Shown here one piece after another: positions 47,156 through 57,526 of a stretch of DNA of 64,000 nt; the stretch's first letter is position 1; every line of letters begins with the position of its first letter. The stretch is from assembly GCA_017533565.1 (NCBI GenBank), contig JAFXHU010000015.1, forward strand, positions 640 through 64,639, in the 5' to 3' direction. Below the pieces are notes generated by a model that saw only the letters and a list, made by a program, of their open reading frames with translations, was not told the DNA's origin and did no database searches. The translations under genes were made by a program, and so were the position numbers. The DNA is from Clostridia bacterium. Lineage in GTDB: Bacteria; Bacillota; Clostridia; Oscillospirales; CAG-272.

Positions 47156-48652
47156 TTAACCGAAAATAGGGAAATAAACGTAAAGGGGTGTGCATCTGCC
47201 GTTGGTGAAAAGCTCGAGAACGATTCTGTTCTCCGCCGCAACGACGTCCCCCGCCTTGATTACGTAATCGGCATATCCCTCGCCGCTTGTGTGGGGGTTA
47301 AACGCTTTAGTCATAATGTTTTTCTTGCCCGAAACGGTAAAGCCCTCGGGAAGGAGCCATCTAACCTGAATTGTACGCGGCTCGTCCTCGAAATATTGCT
47401 TTGCCTGTATATGCACGTGAACGCCGATTTCCTCTCCCGCGGAGATTTCGGGAGCCTTGTCAAGCGTTACGTTTACGTTCATCATAACGTTATCCGCGTA
47501 GATGGTATAGGGCTTAAGCGAGCGTGCAACCTTGCCCGCCTTTTCGGCAAGCGACATAAGGCTTTCGTAAACGCCGTCGGTGTCGGTTTCGTCGCTGAAT
47601 TCAACGGTATAGCTCGGAAGAAGCTCGCCCGAATACATCCAATTGCTGTGTCTTATGGAGTGCGCGCCCACAACCACGGGGGCAAGCCTTACTACACGCT
47701 CGGTAAGCTCGGTACAGGTCTTGGGGATGTTCTTTCCGTTGTTACCTCTTGCGACGGAAATAGTTACGATGTCGTCGCCTATGTACTCGCTCCAATCCTT
47801 CGGAATTCCGGCGGTGCCGTAAAGAATACCCATAGTTGCACCTACGGTAGCACCCGTACAGTCGGTGTCGTCGCCGCAGTTGATTGCGGTAATCATAGAC
47901 TTTTTGAAATCGCCCTCGCCCCAAAGAAGACCGATAACCGCATAGGTTACGTTGGACGGAGCCTCAAACCAGCCGTTTCCGATATCGGCATTAAGCTTTT
48001 GCACCGCGTTTCTTGCATCAACCCAGGACATACCGCCCTCGTAGCATTCAAGCACGAACTTTACGCTTTTTGCCATTCTGGAGTCCTCGGGAATTGCCGC
48101 AAGACCGATTTCGATACATTTTTTGAGGTCGGAAACAGCAAAAGCCGCCGACTGAAGTGCCGCAACGAATGCCGCCGCAAACGTACCCTCGCCCGCGCCG
48201 TGGTCAACCATTGCGTCCTCCATTGCGTATTTTGCCGCTATGTGTGGCATTGCGGGGCATACGGTTGCCCAAATCTCGCTTCTTATCCACGCGCCGTTTG
48301 AATGCTGCCAGTCGTTATCGTAATCACCCGACATTGGCGGGGGGAGTCCGCGCTTCATATTCGCCTTTCCGATGCCGTATTCGTTCCAATGGGGAACGAT
48401 AAAGGAAATCCAATGCTCGCCGAGAACGTTGGCGTTAATTCCGTGCGGTCCAACGTTTTCAAGCGCGTAAAGCCATATAAGCTGAAGGTCAAGGTCGTCG
48501 TTGGGAAGCACCTCTCCGGGCTTTGTTGCAAATCCATTTATATCAAGTATTTCTCTAACACCCTCGTATGGCGCGCCCATTGTGCCACCGATGTTTTTTC
48601 CAACCCAGCAAGCGTAAACCTTGTCGCGGTATTCCGTGTAATTAAGCTTCAT
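47156..48652 (-). CDS. ADP-ribosylglycohydrolase-family protein (paralog)
   Basis: Same motifs as 45427-46935 with long identical peptide stretches. Confidence 0.88.
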   Translation of the reverse strand: MKLNYTEYRDKVYACWVGKNIGGTMGAPYEGVREILDINGFATKPGEVLPNDDLDLQLIWLYALENVGPHGINANVLGEHWISFIVPHWNEYGIGKANMKRGLPPPMSGDYDNDWQHSNGAWIRSEIWATVCPAMPHIAAKYAMEDAMVDHGAGEGTFAAAFVAALQSAAFAVSDLKKCIEIGLAAIPEDSRMAKSVKFVLECYEGGMSWVDARNAVQKLNADIGNGWFEAPSNVTYAVIGLLWGEGDFKKSMITAINCGDDTDCTGATVGATMGILYGTAGIPKDWSEYIGDDIVTISVARGNNGKNIPKTCTELTERVVRLAPVVVGAHSIRHSNWMYSGELLPSYTVEFSDETDTDGVYESLMSLAEKAGKVARSLKPYTIYADNVMMNVNVTLDKAPEISAGEEIGVHVHIQAKQYFEDEPRTIQVRWLLPEGFTVSGKKNIMTKAFNPHTSGEGYADYVIKAGDVVAAENRIVLELFTNGRCTPLYVYFPIFG

Positions 48653-48893
48653 AATTCGCTCCTCATATAAATTTATTAATTATTAAATGTAATTTAGTTA
48701 TCACTACTTATATATTACAGTAAAGAAAAATAAAATGCAAGAGGTAAAGCAAATTTTTCTTTTAAAGGAAGGCTATCTCATTTTTGCCAATCGTCCCCTC
48801 CGTTACCGTATATTTTGCATTGAAAGCGACCCCCCTCCCGTGCTACAATATAAGCACGGGGTGACCCGAAAAACATAAAGGAGGTAAAAGACA

Positions 48894-49850
48894 ATCAGAG
48901 AAAGAAAAAGAAATTCAATAGCCCGCCGCGCGGCGGTATTTGTGCTGTCGCTTGTAATTTTGACGGGTACCTTTGTCAAGGTGTCGTATGCCGCGGGAGG
49001 TGAAAGCGCGGTACGTGCGCGTGGGATAACCGACGGGCAGGGTGTGAACGCTCCGAACGGAGTTATTTCCTACAAGCTCCCACCCGTGTCAAATAAAAGC
49101 GTGTGGGCGCAGGAAAGATTGACAACTAAAGTTTACGGAAAATCGCTTTCCGACCCCGCCCTCGTTATGAATGGTATTACATATCTTCCGCTTCGGGCGG
49201 TGGCGTCGAGCCTTGGGCTTTCGGCAAGCTACAGCTCGTCAACGCGAACAATGACCGTGTCGGGCGGCGGACTTTACCTTACCGCGACCGACGGCGGCTA
49301 CGTTACCTATGCAAACGACCGACCGCTTTTCAGCTTTTCGCCAAACGTGATAATGTCAAACGGACGGATGTATATACCCGCCTCGGCACTTACGAAGGCT
49401 CTCGGTATGAGCTTTACCACCTCGGGTGGCTCGGTTAACGTCGGCGGTACACCTCGCCCACTTGCCGCCGCATCAAAATTTTACCGCGACGACGAGGTGC
49501 TTTGGCTTGCGCGAATAATAATGGCGGAGGCGGGCGGCGAGAGCCTTCTCGGTCAGATTGCCGTTGGCGACGTAATACTTAACCGCGTGCGCTCAAATGC
49601 CTTTCCCAACACGATTTACGGTGTAATCTTTGACCGCAAATGGGGAATACAGTTCAGCCCGGCCGCAAACGGAACGATTTACAATACCCCGTCCTATACG
49701 GCGACTCTCGCGGCGAAAATCTGTCTTGAGGGAACGAGCCTTTCGGATGATGCGATGTATTTCCTTAATCCCTCGCTCTCCACCTCAAGCTGGATTGTAA
49801 ATAACCGCCCGTATGCCTATACCATCGGAAATCACTACTTTTTCCTTTAA
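48894..49850 (+). CDS. Cell wall hydrolase (SleB/Hydrolase_2) with copper-amine-oxidase-like N-terminal repeats; probable ATC start
   Basis: WLARII.AEA.GE...G.IAV..V.LNRV....FPNTI.GVIF...QFSP and IGNHYF; TYLPLR and MYIP repeats. Confidence 0.85.
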   Translation: MRERKRNSIARRAAVFVLSLVILTGTFVKVSYAAGGESAVRARGITDGQGVNAPNGVISYKLPPVSNKSVWAQERLTTKVYGKSLSDPALVMNGITYLPLRAVASSLGLSASYSSSTRTMTVSGGGLYLTATDGGYVTYANDRPLFSFSPNVIMSNGRMYIPASALTKALGMSFTTSGGSVNVGGTPRPLAAASKFYRDDEVLWLARIIMAEAGGESLLGQIAVGDVILNRVRSNAFPNTIYGVIFDRKWGIQFSPAANGTIYNTPSYTATLAAKICLEGTSLSDDAMYFLNPSLSTSSWIVNNRPYAYTIGNHYFFL

Positions 49851-50017
49851 TTAAGGGTGAAGCGCGGCTTGCTTGGCTCTGTGCGGTACAATTTTAAATG
49901 CTCTCGCTGTGCGGGAGCATTTTATTTTCGTCTAATACTTGCAAATTGCGAAAAGGTGTAGTATAATAGAAGGGTAATCGGCTTTGCCGAACTTTTAAAA
50001 AACGGAAGGAATTCGTT

Positions 50018-50569
50018 ATGGTATATAGACTAAAGGTAGCGGGCATCGAGCGTGACCTACCCCTTTGCCCAATCGCGGACAATCTTTACATAGGAGCTTT
50101 TGTGCTTTTCGGTGACGTGGAGCTTACCGAAAAATGCGCTGCCGCCCTGCTTGAAAAAGCACCCGAGCACGACGTTATTATCACCGCGGAGTCAAAGGGA
50201 ATCCCCCTCGGCTACGAGATGTGCCGTCTTTCGGGCAAAAACCGCTACGTCCTCGCGCGTAAGTCGGTAAAGCTTTATATGAAGGACGTCGTTAAATGCG
50301 AAACACAGTCCATCACCACCTCCGAAAAGCAAACGCTTTACATCGACGGAGAGGACGCCGCATTTATGAAGGGAAAGCGTGTGCTTATCGTTGACGACGT
50401 AATCTCGACGGGAGGCTCGCTTCTCTCTCTTGAAAACCTCGTTTTGCAGGCAGGCGGTAAAATCGTCGGCAAAATGGCAATCCTCGCGGAGGGCGACGCC
50501 ATCGACCGAAAGGATATAATTTACCTTGAGCCGCTTCCTCTTTTTGACAAAAACGGCAACCCCGTGTAA
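50018..50569 (+). CDS. Purine phosphoribosyltransferase (Apt/Xpt family)
   Basis: TAESKGIP, ARK and VLIVDDVISTGGS. Confidence 0.88.
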   Translation: MVYRLKVAGIERDLPLCPIADNLYIGAFVLFGDVELTEKCAAALLEKAPEHDVIITAESKGIPLGYEMCRLSGKNRYVLARKSVKLYMKDVVKCETQSITTSEKQTLYIDGEDAAFMKGKRVLIVDDVISTGGSLLSLENLVLQAGGKIVGKMAILAEGDAIDRKDIIYLEPLPLFDKNGNPV

Positions 50570-50646
50570 AGTTTACACCCGTTTTGCTCACCCAACAACC
50601 CCAAAAATCGGTTGTTGACTAACGGTAAAATGTAAATAAAACATAA

Positions 50647-50675
50647 CAAAAGCCAACCGCCCGCGGTTGGCTTTT
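50647..50675. terminator. Bidirectional terminator
   Basis: AAAAGCCAACCG-loop-CGGTTGGCTTTT. Confidence 0.75.
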
Positions 50676-50852
50676 TGAATAGCGAAGCCTTTTTGATAAA
50701 AAACGCCCCGCAGCATTTGGCGCGGGGCGTAAGCTTTTATTTTGGATTATGCCAACCGAGGCAGTTTAAGTCTGCCAATGGCGTTTTAATATTCGTGCAA
50801 GCGCTTTTGGGGTATTCGCGCTCGTGCTATATGCACACCCTCCCTTTTACGG

Positions 50853-53693
50853 TTATTCGGTACGAAGAGCCACAACGGGGTCCTTCTTTGCCGCGCTTGA
50901 TGCGGGGATAAGACCCGAGATGAGCGTAAGTCCCACCGAGAGGGCGATGAGGAGAATTGCCTGACCCACGGGGAGTGCGGCAATCGATGCGTAGTTAATA
51001 AGCGGGTGAAGTATAATGTTGACTATCACAGAGGCGAAATAGGTGAACAGTATACCGATAAGACCCGCGAGCAGACCGATTATAAAGGTTTCGGCAATAA
51101 AGAGGTTGGAAACGTCGCGCTTTCGTCCGCCAAGTGAGCGAATGACACCGATTTCCTTTATTCTCTCAACCACGGAAACGTAGGTTATAATACCAATCAT
51201 TACGGTTGAAACGACAAGCGAGATTGAGGTAAACGCGATAAGCGCGTAGGAGATTACGTCAATCATTGTATTGATAACGCTGATAATGATTTCAAGCGTG
51301 TCGTTGTAGGTAACGCTTGTTCTTTCGCCTTCGAATTTCACACCGTCTATATAAACGTCGTTATCAAGGTTGTTCCAGTCGTCGAGGTAGCTTGTAACTT
51401 TGTCCTTTGAAGCAAAGTCGACGGGGTATATTGAGATGCTGCTCGGAAGATTGACAGCACCGAGCGCACGCTTTGAAAGAAGCTTTACAGACATAATCTG
51501 TGAAATGCCTGCGCCGCCCTGCGAGCCGCCCTGCGAGCCACCCTGCGAGCCGCCCTGTCCTGTGCCCATCATACCCATAAGGTCGGCGGTGGAAAGAGGC
51601 TCGCCAACCGTAGCGGTATCCTTTTTAATCTCGTAGGAAAGCGGCTGACCCTCTCCGTTTTTGATGGGGATAATGCTGCGGAAATTGTATTCGTAGCTCA
51701 CCGCGGAGGTATAGGCATCCGCCTCCCCGAACGCCTTTACGATTTCGCTGTCCGTATTGGCGGAGAGGATATGCTCGGAAAGAGCCTCCGTGTAATAAAT
51801 TCCCGAGGAAAGACAGCCAAAGTTGGTTTCCTCGTCGGCGATAAGCACGCCTGTAATTTTAAGGGTGACGCCGTCCGCGGTTATATTTGCCGCATCGTGA
51901 CAGTAGGTGGAGAGCATAACCGACTGTCCCGTCGGGAGGGCCATTGTCTTTGGCGCGGAGTAAATGGCATTGTTGGGATACCAGGTAAACTCGTAGCCGA
52001 GAAGCTCGTCGTAGGAAAAGCTGCTCTTGTCAATAGACTCGTCGTAATACTCGGTAAGGTCGGGCGTGCCGTTTTGGATTTCCTCCTCCGTCGGGGGAAT
52101 GGAGTGCTTGTATATGAGGTTATAAAACTCCGCTTCCGTCAAAATGCCAAGACGGGCAAGAAGGAGGTCGGACACCTCCTGGTCCTTTGAGAGGACGAGC
52201 ATAACCTCGTCGTATTGGTCGGCAACCTCGCCGTAAACGTCGTACTGCGAGGCTATGTAGTCGGGGTTGTTGGGTGCCAATTCAAAATTCGGCGCAAGCT
52301 GCGGAATGTAGCTTGCGTATGCGGCATAGTCGGTTTCCTCCAGTACGGAGGTGTAAATCGCGGTAAGCGCGGCTATTGAAATACGGCTCGTAACCTCGTT
52401 TCCATTCTCGTCAAGGTGGCGAAAATCGGTATATATCGAGTGGTTAAGGTCAAATCCGTAGTCCAGCACCATTGCACCGTAATAGCTGCCCGGCATTGCC
52501 TTTATATAATCGACGTAGCTCTTGTTTATATCGTTTTTGATGAAGAAGTTTTTGGAATGCTCTGTCATCGTTGCGATGTACTCTATCATAGAGTCGATGT
52601 ACGCCATATACGGCTTTTTTTCGCCGTCCTCGCCCGCCGCGTCGTTCATCATTTGCGAAATGACGTTAAGGTCGTAGGTGGTTTCGGTAATCGTAATCGG
52701 GCTTCCCGAAAGCATATCGTCCTGCATAGCCGCAACGTATCCCTTTATACCCGCGGAAAAGGCAAGCACCATTGCGATACCGATAATGCCGATGGAGCCT
52801 GCGATTCCGACCATCGTGGTGCGCCCCTTCTTTGAAAGAAGGTTTTTCGCCGAAAGACGGAATGCGGTGAAAAAGGACATTTTTGCCTTTTCTCTCTTGC
52901 GCTTCTTTTCCTTGAGGATTTTTGCTTTTTCCTCGGGTGTTGCCTCGTCAAGCAGGGCAGCCTCCGCCGCCTTTTGCTCTGCAAGCTCGGCAAGCTCCGC
53001 CGCCTCCTCCGCGTCGGTCACGGGGTTGGTGTCCTCGGTGATATTTCCGTCGAGAAGGCGTACTATTCTCGTCGAATACTGCTCGGCAAGCTCGGGGTTA
53101 TGCGTTACCATAATTACAAGACGCTCGCCCGAAATCTCCTTTATAAGGTCCATAATCTGCACGCTCGTTACCGTGTCGAGCGCGCCCGTCGGCTCGTCGG
53201 CGAGGAGGATTTCGGGGTCGTTTACGAGCGCACGCGCAATTGCGACACGCTGGCACTGTCCGCCCGAAAGCTGGTTGGGACGCTTGTAATACTGTCCCGA
53301 AAGGCCCACGCGGTCAAGCGCGCGCTTTGCCCTTTCGACTCTTTCCTCTCTGCCGATGCCCGCGATTGTGAGCGCAAGCTCCACGTTTCCAAGCACCGTC
53401 TGGTGCGGAATGAGGTTATAGCTTTGGAAAATAAATCCAACGCGGTGGTTACGGTAAACGTCCCAATCGCGGTCGGTGTAAAGGTCGGTGCTGACTCCAT
53501 TTATAACAAGGTCGCCCGAGGTATAATGGTCAAGTCCGCCGATGATGTTAAGCATGGTTGTCTTTCCGCAGCCCGAGGGGCCGAGGATGGACACGAATTC
53601 CCGCTTTCTGAACGAAATCGACACACCGCGAAGAGCGTTGACCGTTTCGGAGGCGGTTACGTAATCCTTTCTTATGTTTTTAAGCTGAAGCAT
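50853..53693 (-). CDS. MacB/FtsX-type fused ABC ATPase-permease
   Basis: GPSGCGKT, LSGGQ.QR, ADEPTGALD; C-terminal SV.ER.KEIG..RSLG and AAKKDPV.ALR. Confidence 0.92.
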   Translation of the reverse strand: MLQLKNIRKDYVTASETVNALRGVSISFRKREFVSILGPSGCGKTTMLNIIGGLDHYTSGDLVINGVSTDLYTDRDWDVYRNHRVGFIFQSYNLIPHQTVLGNVELALTIAGIGREERVERAKRALDRVGLSGQYYKRPNQLSGGQCQRVAIARALVNDPEILLADEPTGALDTVTSVQIMDLIKEISGERLVIMVTHNPELAEQYSTRIVRLLDGNITEDTNPVTDAEEAAELAELAEQKAAEAALLDEATPEEKAKILKEKKRKREKAKMSFFTAFRLSAKNLLSKKGRTTMVGIAGSIGIIGIAMVLAFSAGIKGYVAAMQDDMLSGSPITITETTYDLNVISQMMNDAAGEDGEKKPYMAYIDSMIEYIATMTEHSKNFFIKNDINKSYVDYIKAMPGSYYGAMVLDYGFDLNHSIYTDFRHLDENGNEVTSRISIAALTAIYTSVLEETDYAAYASYIPQLAPNFELAPNNPDYIASQYDVYGEVADQYDEVMLVLSKDQEVSDLLLARLGILTEAEFYNLIYKHSIPPTEEEIQNGTPDLTEYYDESIDKSSFSYDELLGYEFTWYPNNAIYSAPKTMALPTGQSVMLSTYCHDAANITADGVTLKITGVLIADEETNFGCLSSGIYYTEALSEHILSANTDSEIVKAFGEADAYTSAVSYEYNFRSIIPIKNGEGQPLSYEIKKDTATVGEPLSTADLMGMMGTGQGGSQGGSQGGSQGGAGISQIMSVKLLSKRALGAVNLPSSISIYPVDFASKDKVTSYLDDWNNLDNDVYIDGVKFEGERTSVTYNDTLEIIISVINTMIDVISYALIAFTSISLVVSTVMIGIITYVSVVERIKEIGVIRSLGGRKRDVSNLFIAETFIIGLLAGLIGILFTYFASVIVNIILHPLINYASIAALPVGQAILLIALSVGLTLISGLIPASSAAKKDPVVALRTE
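51513..51557. repeat. 12-bp in-frame tandem repeat encoding (QGGS)n
   Basis: GCCGCCCTGCGA x3.7 (one mismatch) inside the ABC gene. Confidence 0.9.
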
Positions 53694-54002
53694 TTTTTCT
53701 TTCCTGCCTGTTTTTCTGCGCATTTGAGCGAATTTTTACAAATAGCATTATAGCACATATTTATGAACAATTATAGTGGTTTTGTACAAATAATTAAAAA
53801 AATATTTCGTATCTTTAAATGCGGCGCGAAACGTGGTATAATTAAAGAAAAACCACCCCGCGACAGGGATTGCCGCGGAGGAAAAACGGCGAAAGGACCG
53901 TAATTTGTCGGATTATACGTGTTATTTGTAAATACACGGTAATCGGTTCACCAAATCCAAAAAACAGATTAAAATAAACGTAAAAATGCAAAGGAGAAAG
54001 GT

Positions 54003-54470
54003 ATGAAAAGAATAATTGCAATTGCTTTGGTATGCGCGTGCGTATTACTCGTATGCACGTCGTGCAAGAAAGGCGAGGAATACCCCGAGAAGGACGCATA
54101 CAACGTGACAATGAAGGTTGTTATAGAGGGAATAGGTGAATATATCTTTCCCCCCGACGTGAAGGAAATGACTGTAACCATACCTTACGACGGTGTAAGC
54201 AGAAAGGTGTATCTTTCTGCTTATCAATATTACGACCACCCGAACAAAACCTTTCGCGAGAGTTGGTTTGAGCCTCCATTTGAGGGTCGCGACGTTTTCA
54301 AAGAGGGGATGTTGTATGAACCTCCGGGTGGCTTAAGAAAAAGCAAGGAGGAAAACATTATTGACGAAGAAGGTGTTTATGCATACACTTGTTACGTAAG
54401 CACTACTTCACAATCAATGGAGTTTAGGTTTATTGCATTGCATATAGTGGTGGAGGAAAACAGACGTTGA
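54003..54470 (+). CDS. Hypothetical lipoprotein
   Basis: MKRIIAIALVCACVLLVCTSC lipobox; AAGGAG RBS; visibly more AT-rich than its neighbours. Confidence 0.75.
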   Translation: MKRIIAIALVCACVLLVCTSCKKGEEYPEKDAYNVTMKVVIEGIGEYIFPPDVKEMTVTIPYDGVSRKVYLSAYQYYDHPNKTFRESWFEPPFEGRDVFKEGMLYEPPGGLRKSKEENIIDEEGVYAYTCYVSTTSQSMEFRFIALHIVVEENRR

Positions 54471-54574
54471 AAACAATACATTTCTACATTCCCAAAAACG
54501 GGTTAGGCTTCGTTCTGTTGTATATCAAAAAGCTTCGTGCGGGAAAATTTACCGCATACTGAATAGGAGGTATT

Positions 54575-55402
54575 ATGCTCGGTGCTTTGATTGGCGACGT
54601 TGTGGGAAGCCGCTTTGAATTCAAGGACTTTAAGTCAAAGGAATTCGTGCTTTTCACCCCCGACTGTCACGTTACTGACGACAGTCTTATGACACTTGCA
54701 ATAGCAAAGGCGATTGTGCTTTGCCGCGGGGACGAGAGCCGTCTTGCCACCCTTACCGAAAGGTATATGAAGGAGATTGCAAGGCTTTATCCCGGTGTTG
54801 GCTGGGGTTATCTGTTTTATCAATGGGTTATGGGGTATAACCCGACCCGCCCGTACAGCCTCGGAAACGGGGCGGGAATGAGGATAAGCCCCGTCGGCTG
54901 GGTTGCGAAAAGCGAGGAGGAGGTAAAGCGCCTTTCCAAAATTGTTACCGAAATTTCACACGGACATCCCGAGGGGCTTCTCGGTGCGGAGGCGGTGGCT
55001 ATGGCGGTTTACCTCGCACGCATCGGTACTCCAAAGGAGGAGATTTACCGACGAATGATTACCGACTATTATCCCGAAATAGATAGCTTTACGCTTGATT
55101 CCATACGCCCGACCTACGAGATTGACGACGGCGGGCTTTGGGTTACCTGCCGCGGGTCTATACCGCAGGCGTTGCGCGCGTTTTTCGAGGCAGAGTCCTT
55201 TGAGGATACAATCCGAAACGCCATTTCAATCGGCGGCGATGCCGACACGATTGCCGCGATGGCAGGCTCTGTGGCGGAGGCGTATTACGGAGTGCCCGCC
55301 GAGCTTGAGGAAAAGCTGCTTTGCTATCTTTCGGAGAGCCTTTCAGATATATATTTCGCCTTTGAAACCGTGAAAATCCCGCGCACCCCGCGTGCAAAAT
55401 GA
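54575..55402 (+). CDS. ADP-ribosylglycohydrolase (DraG-like, short type)
   Basis: MLGA.IGD..GS.FEF, TDDS, GNGA.MR.SP and GGDADTIAAM. Confidence 0.9.
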   Translation: MLGALIGDVVGSRFEFKDFKSKEFVLFTPDCHVTDDSLMTLAIAKAIVLCRGDESRLATLTERYMKEIARLYPGVGWGYLFYQWVMGYNPTRPYSLGNGAGMRISPVGWVAKSEEEVKRLSKIVTEISHGHPEGLLGAEAVAMAVYLARIGTPKEEIYRRMITDYYPEIDSFTLDSIRPTYEIDDGGLWVTCRGSIPQALRAFFEAESFEDTIRNAISIGGDADTIAAMAGSVAEAYYGVPAELEEKLLCYLSESLSDIYFAFETVKIPRTPRAK

Positions 55403-55635
55403 CCTTGCGATGCGCGGCTTGGGCTTGGTGGCTTTTGCCTGCCGATGCATGGTGAAGCGCCTCACCCTTGGGCTGTGTTTACCGAAAGCAAAAGCCTTTG
55501 CCGCTTTATGACGCGGATAAATATTCAAAAAAGCCATACCCCTTGCCGATTTTTTCAAAACGGGTTGAATTGTTTTTTCGCTTGTGCTAAAATATTGGGG
55601 TAAAGCAAAAAAGCAAATTGAAAAGGAGATTTAAA

Positions 55636-57438
55636 ATGATTAAGGAAAGAAAAGACGTAGAGCAAAAATACAAATGGGACCTTTCGGTGATTTACGCCGA
55701 CGAGGATGCGTTTTTTGCCGATTACAAAAGGGCGGAGGCTCTCGTAAAGGATTTTGCGCGTCACGAAAAAACAATTACGGCAAGCGCCGCGGGGCTTTAC
55801 GAGGCACTTTGCGCGAGCTGTGAGATTGAAAACATAATCGGAAGGCTTTGGGAATATGCATCTCTTAACTTTGCCGTGGATACCTCGAACAATAATTTTC
55901 AGGCGCTTAACGCAAGGGTGAGAAATCTTGCCGTAGAGGCGGGAAGCGCGTCCTGGTTTGTTCAGCCCTACATCCTCAAGACCGACAAAAAGACTATTGA
56001 AAAATGGTTTGCCGTAGAGCCGCGGCTCGCTACCTTCCGCCGCACCGTTGACAAGATTATGCAAAAGAAGGCGCATACCCTCTCCGACGAATGCGAAATG
56101 CTTATGTCCCGACTTGAAAACGCCTTTGGCGGTGCTGACGATACGCGAAGCCTTTTTGCCAACGCCGACCTTAAATTCGGGAAAATCAAGGACGAGAGCG
56201 GAAGGACGGTGGAGCTTACCGATACGAACTACGTGCCTTTCCTTATGTCCTCGGACAGGAGGGTAAGGCAGTCTGCATTCCGCACGCTTTACAAAACCTA
56301 CGGACAGTTCGCGAACACCTTCGCCTCGCTTTACAACTCACACGTAAAGGAAACCACCACCGTCGCAAGGGTAAGGAATTACAAGAGCAGCCTTGAAGCC
56401 TCCACCTCCTACGACGAGGTTACGCCGGTTATCTATAACAATCTTATTAAATCGGTGCATAAGGGGCTTGCTCCGCTTTACGAGTATTACGAATTAAAGC
56501 GCACCGTCCTCGGTGTTGACAGGCTTCATCTTTACGACGTTTACGCACCGCTTATCGGGGAGTTTGAAAAGAAATACACCTACGAGGAGGCGGTAGAGGA
56601 GGTTCTCGACACCGTCGGCATTTTCGGCGAGGAGTATAAGTCCACCCTTACCGCGGGACTGAAGGAAAAGGGTTGGGTTGACGTTTATCCCACGCGCGGA
56701 AAGCGCGGCGGCGCATTCTCCTCGGGCGTACCCGGTACGGAGCCGTATATTCTTCTCAACTTCACCGACACCTTTGACGACGTGTTCACCCTCGCGCACG
56801 AGGCGGGACACTCTATGCACACCTACTTCTCCACAAGCTATAACGAGCCGCACAATTCGGGCTATCGCATTTTCGTTGCGGAGGTTGCCTCCACCGTAAA
56901 CGAGCTTCTTCTCGCGCACAGAAAGCTTGCCGAGGCGGGGAGCGATATGGAAAAGCTCTATATCCTTAATCAGCTTATGGAAACCTACAAGGGTACGCTT
57001 TACCGTCAGACGATGTTTGCCGAGTTTGAGAGGGATATGCACGCCCTTTGCGAAAAGGGAGAGCCGCTTACCGCAGACCTCATTTCAAAGAAGTATTACA
57101 GAATCGTCAAGAAGTTCTTTGGAAAGGACGTTGCCTGTGACAGGCAGATTGCCTGCGAGTGGATGAGAATACCGCATTTCTACTCCTCCTTCTACGTTTA
57201 CAAGTACGCAACCTGCATCTCCGCGGCAAGCGCGATAGTAAAGAGAATAGAATCGGAGGGCGAGGCTTACGTAGAGAAATATATCGACTTCCTTAAGTGC
57301 GGAGATTCCAAATCCCCCCTTGACAGCCTTCTTGTCGCGGGCATCGATATGACAAGCCCCGCGGTTGTCGAAAGCGCGGTTGCCGACTTTGCCTCCTGCG
57401 TTAAGCAGTTCAGAGAAATTTACGAAAAAAACGCATAA
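55636..57438 (+). CDS. pepF: Oligoendopeptidase F (M3B)
   Basis: KWDL, GKRGGAFS, LAHEAGHSMH, VAEVAST and W.RIPHFY..FYVYKYA. Confidence 0.95.
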   Translation: MIKERKDVEQKYKWDLSVIYADEDAFFADYKRAEALVKDFARHEKTITASAAGLYEALCASCEIENIIGRLWEYASLNFAVDTSNNNFQALNARVRNLAVEAGSASWFVQPYILKTDKKTIEKWFAVEPRLATFRRTVDKIMQKKAHTLSDECEMLMSRLENAFGGADDTRSLFANADLKFGKIKDESGRTVELTDTNYVPFLMSSDRRVRQSAFRTLYKTYGQFANTFASLYNSHVKETTTVARVRNYKSSLEASTSYDEVTPVIYNNLIKSVHKGLAPLYEYYELKRTVLGVDRLHLYDVYAPLIGEFEKKYTYEEAVEEVLDTVGIFGEEYKSTLTAGLKEKGWVDVYPTRGKRGGAFSSGVPGTEPYILLNFTDTFDDVFTLAHEAGHSMHTYFSTSYNEPHNSGYRIFVAEVASTVNELLLAHRKLAEAGSDMEKLYILNQLMETYKGTLYRQTMFAEFERDMHALCEKGEPLTADLISKKYYRIVKKFFGKDVACDRQIACEWMRIPHFYSSFYVYKYATCISAASAIVKRIESEGEAYVEKYIDFLKCGDSKSPLDSLLVAGIDMTSPAVVESAVADFASCVKQFREIYEKNA

Positions 57439-57478
57439 CCACAAAACCGAGAAAAAACGCCTCGGCATTGAAAAAATT

Positions 57479-57508
57479 AACACGCCCCGACACATCGGGG
57501 CGTGTTTT
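57479..57508. terminator. Terminator between convergent genes
   Basis: AACACGCCCCGA/TCGGGGCGTGTT stem followed by T residues. Confidence 0.7.
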
Positions 57509-57526
57509 GTAAATAAATGCTTACGT

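Noticed and set aside
48894-49850. Cell wall hydrolase as the module's endolysin
   Set aside because: 15 kb away, has a signal peptide and a host SleB-like architecture; no sequence evidence of linkage
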